A DNA stretch of 64,000 nt from NCBI GenBank assembly GCA_963737905.1, contig CAVTUQ010000040.1, positions 32,001 through 96,000 of the forward strand. Reading direction: 5' to 3'. This DNA comes from an uncultured delta proteobacterium. GTDB taxonomy: Bacteria; Desulfobacterota; Binatia; UBA9968. The position numbers and the translations under genes were made by a program. A model generated the notes under the pieces. The model was not told the origin of the DNA. It was given only the letters and a program-made list of their open reading frames with translations, and searched no databases. This document shows positions 48,397 through 56,604 of this stretch, one piece after another (the stretch's first letter is position 1; the number at the start of each line of letters is the position of its first letter).

Positions 48397-49017
48397 ATGA
48401 GGGTTAGCAAAGTATACACTGAGAACTTTCTGGCATCGCTTCTATGGCTGATGATGGCTGGCTGCGCGGTTTCAAGTTGTGCTCTGACCGGCATACGAGC
48501 CGTAGGTCCAGCGAACGCACCGCCGACTCTTTCCGGTCGGTGGCAGCCAGCAGACGGCGCACTGCCACATCAAGGGATAGCCATAGACGGTCGTGGTTAT
48601 TTTGATTATGAAATTTTAGCTCCTTCAGACGGGATCGTTGTGCGCATTAGGGGTGATCATGTCACAATTCGTCATGGCCTAGGTTCGAACAAACAGGACA
48701 TATACACGGACCATTTCCATGTGGACGGCACATCGCTCACGGAGGGGGATCAGGTAAAAAGAGGACAGAGCATAGGCTTGATTGGTAGGGGCACGTACAC
48801 CCTCGTTCCCCATTATCATTACGTGGTCAGGAAAAGAGAAGGTCGCGGAAAGTTTATCGTGCTAGACCCCATCGATTACTGGTTTGGAATTGACGAGTAC
48901 AAGGAAAAGCTGGGAAAAAAACTCGTTACTGGACCATTTGTAATCCCTTGCTTCGATCCAAATGTGAATTACCCAAAAGAGCCGATAAGATTTACATATC
49001 CAGTCAAATGCAAGTGA
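48397..49017 (+). CDS. M23-family peptidase-like lipoprotein
   Basis: Lipobox-like MAGC; HQGIAI (HxxxD position is Ala), ILAPSDG.V, GDQVKRGQSIG.IG and PHYHY (HxH). Confidence 0.8.
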   Translation: MRVSKVYTENFLASLLWLMMAGCAVSSCALTGIRAVGPANAPPTLSGRWQPADGALPHQGIAIDGRGYFDYEILAPSDGIVVRIRGDHVTIRHGLGSNKQDIYTDHFHVDGTSLTEGDQVKRGQSIGLIGRGTYTLVPHYHYVVRKREGRGKFIVLDPIDYWFGIDEYKEKLGKKLVTGPFVIPCFDPNVNYPKEPIRFTYPVKCK

Positions 49018-49111
49018 TTCCTTCGTTCCAGGCACCAACACGGCATCTAGGGTGTCCTCTTTCCTTTTGACTGTAGATTGCCTTCTGGTTGTGATATTCT
49101 TTTGATTGAGT

Positions 49112-49303
49112 ATGGAAAAGGTAGTTCATAAATTTCGCTCCTTTGAAGATGCCGATAACGCCGACTACGAATATTACCGCGCCCTCTCCGGAAACGAAAA
49201 ACTGCAACTGCTGCTTGACTTGATCATGCCCGAGAACCCCGATGCGGCCACTGTCGCGCGATCTGCGCGAGTTCATCCACTTACTGAACACGAACCGTGT
49301 TAA
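49112..49303 (+). CDS. Small protein upstream of the nucleotidyltransferase (putative TA partner)
   Basis: MEKVVHKFRSFEDADNADYEYYRALSGNEKLQLL; overlaps the downstream gene. Confidence 0.6.
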   Translation: MEKVVHKFRSFEDADNADYEYYRALSGNEKLQLLLDLIMPENPDAATVARSARVHPLTEHEPC

Positions 49304-49706
49304 GTACGTGATCGTCGGCGCCTGGGCGCTCGCGTTCCACGGGCGGCCACGTTATACCGGCGATCTCGATATCTTTGTTGCCCGAGACGATGAGAACGCC
49401 GACAAACTGATGGCGGTCATCGAAGCTTTCGGATTTAAGGATGCCGGTATCAGGCGCGAAGATTTCCTGCAGGTCGATCACGTCATTCAGCTTGGGCGTG
49501 AGCCCAACCGTATCGATATCCTTACCGGAATCAGCGGAGTCTCATTCGACGAAGCATGGGCCAACCGAGAGTCAGGGAAAGTCGCCGATATTGCCGTATT
49601 TGTCATCAGCCGAGACCTTCTGATCAAGAATAAACGGGCGGCTAACCGAGACAAAGATCAGGGAGATATCAAGCTATTGGAAAGAACTCGGCCGCCACGT
49701 CATTAG
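49242..49706 (+). CDS. Nucleotidyltransferase-fold protein (DUF6036/AbiEii-like)
   Basis: YVIVGAWALAFHGRPRYTGDLDI...RIDIL...LIKNKRAANRDKDQGD. Confidence 0.8.
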   Translation: MRPLSRDLREFIHLLNTNRVKYVIVGAWALAFHGRPRYTGDLDIFVARDDENADKLMAVIEAFGFKDAGIRREDFLQVDHVIQLGREPNRIDILTGISGVSFDEAWANRESGKVADIAVFVISRDLLIKNKRAANRDKDQGDIKLLERTRPPRH

Positions 49707-49751
49707 CGAGTCTAACGTCCGCCTCGTTTTGATCCGACCGGCGACATAAGG

Positions 49752-49882
49752 TGTGTCTTTTTACACACCTTATGGTGTCTAAAAAAACACCTTCTTAATC
49801 GTCCAGCCCGCATCGTTTTTAGCAGCTCTCTCATTAACTCAATCACTTAGCTCATCTGTTCTTCCCTGGCACTGCGGTTGCT
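49752..49882 (+). promoter_or_regulatory. Sigma54 enhancer-IHF-promoter module, copy 6
   Basis: TGTGTCtttttaCACACC (49752) + GGTGTCtaaaaaAACACC (49774); AACTCAATCACTTAG (49836); TGGCACtgcggTTGCT (49867-82). Confidence 0.85.
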
Positions 49883-49972
49883 CAGTTGCCGCTTAGAAAT
49901 CATTACGCCGCCAGATTCTATGGTGTCGAAATCACGCTTCGGCATCATCGACAGCGGGAAGGGGTCATTCCT

Positions 49973-51952
49973 ATGAAACAGACAAGAAATATCGCTCGAC
50001 GTTGGTTCGCTTCGATCCTAGTGCTGCTCATGGCCACATTAACGCTGGAGCCAGTTGCACTCGCAGGGGCGGATCCGAGCTGGATCCCTACCGGCAGCCT
50101 CAACATAACCCGCTCGGATCACACAGCGACACTGCTAGCCAACGGGAAAGTACTGGTCGTAGGAGGCTACAACTATGAAGATGGTGGTGATCTCAACAGC
50201 GCAGAGTTGTACGACCCATCCACGGGCACATGGAGCGTCACTGGCAACCTCAATACACCTCGGTCTGGTCAGACCGCGACACTACTGCCAAACGGTAAGG
50301 TACTGGTCGTAGGAGGCTACAACTATGAAGGTGGTGGTGATCTCGACAGCGCAGAGTTGTACGACCCATCCACGGGCACATGGAGCGTCACCGGTAGCCT
50401 CAGCACGGGTCGCCGCGGTCACACAGCGACGCTGTTGCCCAACGGTAAGGTACTGGTCGTTGGGGGCTCCAACTATAACAACTATCCACCAGCGGGTTCT
50501 CTCAACAGTTCAGAGCTCTATGACCCGGCTACAGGAACGTGGGCGGTCGCCAACGGCCTCAACGTAGCTCGCTCAAGTCACACAGCAACGCTGCTGTCCA
50601 ACGGAAAAGTTCTGATCGCGGGAGGATTCACGGGATTCTCCACCAGCGGTCTTTGCCCATGCATAGATTTTGTTACGAACAGTGCGGAGCTCTATGATCC
50701 GATCACGGGGACATGGAGCTCCACGGCCAACCTCAACGCGGAGCGTGGTCTTCACTCAGCGACGTTGCTCCAGAACGGCAAGGTCCTGGTCGCGGGAGGA
50801 ACCAATGGCACCCTTATCGATATTGACGAACTTGTCCCTCTCACTAGCGCAGAATTATACGATCCAGCCACAGGAACATGGACCCTTACCGGCAGTCTCA
50901 ATACAGCCCGCAATTCTCATACAGCAACGCTGCTTCCCAATGGCAAGGTCTTGGCCGCAGCCGGATATTATACGGGTACGGCGGAGTTATACGACCCAGC
51001 CACGGAAACGTGGAGTTTCACCGCCAGTCTCAACACACCTCGCTCAGGTCACACAGCGACGCGACTCCAAAACGGCCAGGTGCTGATTGCGGGAGGCGAT
51101 AATGGCTCCATTCCTAGCAGCGCGGAGCTATATAATTCCCATCGGCCCGCACCAGTGGATTTCGATGGCGACGGCAGAAGTGACATCGCAGTGTACCGCG
51201 ATGGTGCTTGGTTCATCGTGCGATCATCGGACGGAGGAGTGACAGCGACAGATTGGGGAGGTCTGCCACAGGACAAACCGGTACCAGCGGACTATGATGG
51301 AGATGGGAAAGTGGACCTAGCGGTCTACCGAGATGGGACGTGGTTTATTCTTCGATCTTCGGATGGAGTGCAACTATCACTGGCTTGGGGTGGTTTGCCG
51401 CAGGACATACCGCTACCTGCAGATTATGACGGCGACGGGAGGGCAGATCTAGCGGTGTATCGTGATGGAATGTGGTTCATCTTACGTTCTTCAGACGGAG
51501 GCCAGACCACTGTGGGATGGGGCGGAGCGTTAGCGGATGTGCCGGTACCGGCAGACTATGATGGCGACGGGAAAGCAGATATCGCGGTGTACCGTAGTGG
51601 GACGTGGTTTATCATCCGATCATCGGACGGTGCGGTGCAGGTGTCAGCGGGTTGGGGCGGAGCGGCTCAGGACATACCGCTACCGGCAGACTACGACGGT
51701 GATGGAAAGGCAGATATGGCGATTTACCACGACGGGTTGTGGTTCATCTTACGTTCTTCCGATAGCGGCCAGATAGCCGTGGGCTGGGGAGGACTGCCAC
51801 AGGATGTACCGGTGCCGGCAGACTTTGACGGTGACGGCAAGGCAGACGTGGCGCTCTACCGTAATGGAATGTGGTTCATCATTCGATCCTCGGATGGAGG
51901 AGTGACAGCGACAGGATGGGGAGGGGCAGCGGAGGATATTCCGCTGAACTGA
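49973..51952 (+). CDS. Secreted Kelch-repeat (7 blades) plus FG-GAP/VCBS-repeat (6 DxDGDG units) protein
   Basis: Signal peptide; R..HTATLL.NGKVL..GG...AELYDP x7; P..ADYDGDG.AD.AVYR.G.WFI.RSSDG x6. Confidence 0.9.
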   Translation: MKQTRNIARRWFASILVLLMATLTLEPVALAGADPSWIPTGSLNITRSDHTATLLANGKVLVVGGYNYEDGGDLNSAELYDPSTGTWSVTGNLNTPRSGQTATLLPNGKVLVVGGYNYEGGGDLDSAELYDPSTGTWSVTGSLSTGRRGHTATLLPNGKVLVVGGSNYNNYPPAGSLNSSELYDPATGTWAVANGLNVARSSHTATLLSNGKVLIAGGFTGFSTSGLCPCIDFVTNSAELYDPITGTWSSTANLNAERGLHSATLLQNGKVLVAGGTNGTLIDIDELVPLTSAELYDPATGTWTLTGSLNTARNSHTATLLPNGKVLAAAGYYTGTAELYDPATETWSFTASLNTPRSGHTATRLQNGQVLIAGGDNGSIPSSAELYNSHRPAPVDFDGDGRSDIAVYRDGAWFIVRSSDGGVTATDWGGLPQDKPVPADYDGDGKVDLAVYRDGTWFILRSSDGVQLSLAWGGLPQDIPLPADYDGDGRADLAVYRDGMWFILRSSDGGQTTVGWGGALADVPVPADYDGDGKADIAVYRSGTWFIIRSSDGAVQVSAGWGGAAQDIPLPADYDGDGKADMAIYHDGLWFILRSSDSGQIAVGWGGLPQDVPVPADFDGDGKADVALYRNGMWFIIRSSDGGVTATGWGGAAEDIPLN

Positions 51953-52040
51953 ACCACGGAAAGGATTTGGATAGACAACGCCTTACCAAAAAACGGAGAG
52001 TAGAAACGCGCTGGGAGTCTTCTTCTTGAGGCAGCTTAAC

Positions 52041-52091
52041 GATCAGGGAGATATCAAGCTATTGGAGAGAACTCGGCCCCCGCGTCGTTAG
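52041..52091 (+). repeat. 51-bp direct repeat of the nucleotidyltransferase 3' end (49656-49706)
   Basis: gatcagggagatatcaagctattgga(a/g)agaactcggcc...cgtc(a/g)ttag in both places. Confidence 0.85.
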
Positions 52092-52235
52092 GACCGTAGC
52101 ACCACAGGATGTGCTACGCGCGATACACTGATCCAATGCCACCCACTGCCTTAAGGATGCGGAACGATGACTTCCTATTGACAACCAGCACCCGGCTTAA
52201 CTATTCAAGAACCAACAATCCTGGAGGTTAAGCCG

Positions 52236-53264
52236 ATGGCGAACAAACGTGTCGATTGCGACGGTCACGTTATGGAAGTGACCGATGAGCTCATAAGCTT
52301 CGTGGGTGAGCCGTTTAAGACCACTGGCCACATGAATCCTCGTCGCGTCTTGCCAAGTCTGGATCGGTTTCACACGCCGCGCTTGGAGGAGCGCAAGCCC
52401 GGCACTTTTGATCCATCTGTGGGTCCGGAAAAATGGCTCCAATTTCTTGACAAGACCGGATTGGAATCCAGCGTACTGTTCCCTACTGAAGGACTGGCCT
52501 ACGGCCAGGTCGCATTTCCGCCCTGGGCCATCGCCTACGCCAGGGCGTACAATGATTGGCTGCATGCGAAGTATTTGAAATTCAATTCCCGGCTCAAAGG
52601 TATGGCATTGATTCCCATGCAGGACGTACCGGCTGCGGTCACGGAGCTCCGGCGCGCCGTGAAAGAGCTGGGCATGGTGGGCGCAATGCTGCCGTCGAAT
52701 GGCCTAACCCCACATTTGAGTGCAAAACATTTCTGGCCCGTCTATGAAGAAGCGGCCAAGCTCGATTGCGCTCTGGCGGTGCATGGGGGTTGCTACGGCG
52801 ATCTGGGCTTTAATACCTACACGGTTTTTCCCGCCACCCGCGCGCTGGGGATGCCGGTACCTCTGGCCATCGCCGCGACGGGTATGATCGTCGACGGCGT
52901 ATTTGATTCATTTCCGACCTTGCGCGTCGGCTTTTTGGAAGGCGGCACCAGTTGGATTCCCATGGTCATCGATCGTTTGGAAAGGGAATTGGAGTACGGC
53001 GGGCTGCGCATCAAACGCAAACCAGTGGACTACTTCAAGAGCGGCAAGCTCTTCTGTAGCTGCGAAGGCAACGAAAAAGCTTTGGCCTACGCCATCGAAC
53101 GGGTTGGAGTGGAACCTTTCATGTTCGCTTCGGATTTTCCTCACGAGATCTCCCTCGACAACTGCATGGAGGAGATCGACGAAATCATCGAGCGCGACGA
53201 TTTGAAGGAAGAGCATAAAGCAGCGATTCTCGGCGACAACGCGCGGCGTTTTTACAAGATTTGA
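52236..53264 (+). CDS. Amidohydrolase_2 family protein
   Basis: DCDGH, AYNDWL, VHG, FLEGG..W, FASDFPH and ILGDNARRFY motifs. Confidence 0.9.
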   Translation: MANKRVDCDGHVMEVTDELISFVGEPFKTTGHMNPRRVLPSLDRFHTPRLEERKPGTFDPSVGPEKWLQFLDKTGLESSVLFPTEGLAYGQVAFPPWAIAYARAYNDWLHAKYLKFNSRLKGMALIPMQDVPAAVTELRRAVKELGMVGAMLPSNGLTPHLSAKHFWPVYEEAAKLDCALAVHGGCYGDLGFNTYTVFPATRALGMPVPLAIAATGMIVDGVFDSFPTLRVGFLEGGTSWIPMVIDRLERELEYGGLRIKRKPVDYFKSGKLFCSCEGNEKALAYAIERVGVEPFMFASDFPHEISLDNCMEEIDEIIERDDLKEEHKAAILGDNARRFYKI

Positions 53265-53377
53265 AGAGGACATCAGAGACGAAATTGCGTCTGAGAATTG
53301 CGATCATCACCCCGCCGTCGTCGCCGGTCAGAAGGTTCATTGGATCATTTGAATTCCGGCCATAAAGGAGAGATTTG

Positions 53378-54533
53378 ATGTTGCAGGGTTATCAAGTATT
53401 CGATGCTGACGCCCATGGTTCGCTCAGCCCGGCCATGTGGGAAACACTGCCTAAGGAATACGCCGTCCGGCGCCCGCGCCCTGTCGACATCTCCGACGCA
53501 ACCGGCCTGGGTAATTATAGCGCCGGTTGGCTCATCGAAGGCCGGCTCGAACCTCATGCCTTCGGTCCGGGCGCGCAGCAGGCAAATACCCCGCGCCTCA
53601 TCATGCCGGAGTTCGGCGCCGACACGAGCCGCGAGATCTGTTCCCCCGGCAGTGTCAGCCTTACGGATATTCCAGCGCGGATAGGCGACCTGGATCGCAT
53701 GGGCTTCGACAGTCAAGTGCTCTTCCCCAGCACGCTTTACGCGCACATGACCGCCGACCCGGGTTTCGAAGCGGCGTTGTATCGATCCTACAACCGCTAT
53801 GTCGGCAACCAATGCCGGCAAGCGCCCAAACGGCTCAAATGGGCCGGCTTGTTACCGGTGCGTCACCGACGCGAAGCGTTCGCAGCGCTGGAGGAGATGC
53901 AACGGCTCGGCGCTCGCGCCGCCGTCGTTTTCGGCACCGCCGGTGAGCGGCTGCTTTCTGATCCGAGCTTTCCTTCCCGTATGGGATGAGTTTGCCCGCA
54001 CCAGGTTGCCGCTCTGCGTGCACATGGGCATGAGCTATCCGCCGCTTGCCGAACTCGGACGCTCGATTTACGACGGCCACGTCATCGGCATGTCACTGCC
54101 GGCGCAGCTTGCCTTCATGGCCATCGTCGGTCATCGCATGCTCGACCGCTATCCCGATTTGAAAGTCGCATTTCTTGAGTTTGGCGCCGAGTGGATTTTT
54201 TACATGGTCGCCAGAATGGACCATTACCTGCCCCTCGATCGGGGCGCCCATATCTGGGGCATGAGTATGCCCAATGCGGAGAACCTGCCGCGAAAAAGCG
54301 TGGAAGAATACGTGAAGTCTGGAAGAATTTTTATCGCCGCGGAGGCCGATGACAAGTTATTACAAAACCTTTTTGGGCTGCTCGGCGAGGATCAAATTCT
54401 GTTTTCATCGGATTTCCCCACGGCGAAGGCAGGGAAAATGCGCGGCTGGAAATTCTTCAACGCAAGGATCTTTCCCAGGCACAAAAGAAAAAGCTTCTGT
54501 ACGACAACACGGTGCGGCTTTTCGGAGCCGTAG
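53378..54533 (+). CDS. Amidohydrolase_2 family protein, two apparent frameshifts (about 53975 and 54420)
   Basis: DADAH...YNRY / CVHMG...AFLEFGAEW...FSSDFP; ORFs 53375 and 53799 join. Confidence 0.8.
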
Positions 54534-54711
54534 CCCGGATCATTCACTGGCAAGCAACCATCACGGGACGAGCCCTCCGGATCGAAGGCAATGGACCCTA
54601 CCTAGGCGGCCTGCAAACGTAGGCTCTGGAGCAGACACCGGTCAAGTAACGTCAGGCTGTTCTCGCCTTGAACCGTAGTGTTCAGCTCGTCCTGAATACG
54701 GCTAATCGCGG

Positions 54712-55958
54712 CTACATCCCCGTTTCTGCTCTCCGCAATTGCTCGCGCAACGCTTCCAATGTCGGCGCGATCGGCGCGAGCTCCTGCTCATCGAAGCGAA
54801 TCGATTCCGGTTGTTTCAATCCGTGTCCGGTAAGGTTACAGATTACGAGTTCTTCGCGACCGATCACGCCGGTCGCCCGGAGTCTTTTGGCCGCGGCCAC
54901 CGAAGTTGCAGCCGCGGGTTCAGCGAAAATTCCCGCGAGTCTTGCCGTTAGCTTTTGAGCTTCAAGAATTTCCTCGTCGCTCAAGGGCACGGCCGTCCCA
55001 TTAGACTCACGCAGCGCAGCCAGCGCTCGCCAACCCAGCGAGACCGGATTTCCTACCTGAATGCTTTCCGCTACCGTCGGGCCGCGCAACCTCCGGCTCG
55101 ACATCGAGAAGTCCCTTCATAAACGCGGCGAGCGATCGGCGCCGCGGCCTCGCTTTGCGAGGCCACCAACCGCGGTAGATTTTGAATCCAGCCCAGAGAA
55201 CGAAATTCTTGAAACCCCTTCCACATGGCGTAGATTCCCGTGCCGCCCGCGGTGGGATGTATCACCCAGTCGGGAACTTCACCGTCAAGTTGATCGATGA
55301 ACTCGTAGGCGTAGGACTTTTTACCCTCATCGCGGTACGGATTGGACGACAAACAATCGTACCAGCCAAATTCCTCTAACGCAGATTTATAGAGCCTGGC
55401 CACTTCATTATCGAAATCACCATCGATAACGACGACGGTCGCTCCATACGCGCGTGCCTGAACGATCTTCGCTGCTGCCGTCCCCACCGGCACCATCACT
55501 ACGCTTCGCATCCCGGCCGCTGCCGAATACGCCGCGACAGATGCCGCGGCATTCCCGGTTGACATCACGGTTGCGGTCGTGAAGCCGAGTTCTTTCGCTT
55601 TGGAAATGCCGACGCTGTTACTTCGGTCTTTGAGCGAACCGGTCGGCAAGACCGTATCGTTCTTCAAATAGAGCCGGGGAATACTTAGCTCCGCGCCAAG
55701 CCGGGTTGCTTCGATCAATGGCGTGGAGCCCTCGCCCAGGGAAACAATCGATGAGCGGTTCTCGACGGGAAAGAAATCGAACCAGCGCCAAATACTGCGA
55801 TCACGGCTCTCTGACATCGCTCGATGATCGGCGCGTGTGAGATAGTCAATTCCGACCTTTACTTCCAGGATGCTATCGCAGGCACGACATCGGAAAATCG
55901 TCGGCAAGGTGGCTTTGTTGCCACATCTCGGGCAGAGTAGCGCGCTGACAATTCCCAT
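54712..55958 (-). CDS. thrC: Threonine synthase (PLP), apparent indels near 55083 and 55131
   Basis: SLGEGSTPL, PTGSLKDR (PLP Lys), STGNAAAS, EGKKS, FAEPAAA and CNLTGHGLK motifs. Confidence 0.85.
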
Positions 55959-56032
55959 AAAATGCAGACGTCTACGGGTCAGAGTTCATAACTTCAACCC
56001 GATATTCCATCATTCCATTATTCCGATCTTCT

Positions 56033-56542
56033 TTACGACGTTCTCCGCTCGATCTCATTGAGGGATTTCTCGAGTTCTCCCTCCAGATCCGCCACATCAA
56101 AGCCGACCGCACGCGCGCCGTCGAGGGTGGCAATACAAATCATGACTAAGTCCAGCGTCTCCTTCGGTGGCGGCTCATCCGGATGGTCGTAAAGATAGTG
56201 ATCCACCCGGCCGCTGAGAGTAGAAAAATCTTTGAGGCAGACTACCGGCGGGAGGTCACGTAGCGGCCCGGTATTTTCTGTTGATGGGGCGAAAGCGATG
56301 CCTCCGGGATCTACCAGAGCGATTTGATTGCCGTTGTCGAAAAGCAAAACCAGGTAACTGTCTTGGGTCTCCGGATGAACCTTTTCTTCAAAGTCTTTTA
56401 CTTCTTGCCACGGTAAACGGATGGTTTTCCCTGACGCCACGTCCATCAAGGAAGAGCTTTCCTCGTCATAGAGCACGACCTGCCGATGCGTTTCCACCCA
56501 GGCACGTACTTTCGCTTTCGCTTGATCCACCAACTTGGGCAT
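56033..56542 (-). CDS. Hypothetical protein
   Basis: 169-aa acidic ORF, co-oriented within the operon. Confidence 0.65.
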   Translation of the reverse strand: MPKLVDQAKAKVRAWVETHRQVVLYDEESSSLMDVASGKTIRLPWQEVKDFEEKVHPETQDSYLVLLFDNGNQIALVDPGGIAFAPSTENTGPLRDLPPVVCLKDFSTLSGRVDHYLYDHPDEPPPKETLDLVMICIATLDGARAVGFDVADLEGELEKSLNEIERRTS

Positions 56543-56604
56543 TTATTGATTCTATCATGCGCACTAATTTTTACGCACGATAAAGGCCGGAACTGCGAAA
56601 TAGC

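Noticed and set aside
37865-49882. The six repeats as a CRISPR array or integron attC sites
   Set aside because: Spacing is 1.5-3.5 kb and irregular; I found no cas or intI gene in the window and no RYYYAAC...GTTRRRY attC structure. The repeats lie upstream of genes and end in a sigma54 consensus.
50150-50391. Near-identical Kelch repeats or the 44146 fragment as DGR template/variable repeats
   Set aside because: No reverse transcriptase in the window; too few differences, and those in the fragment are not adenine-specific.
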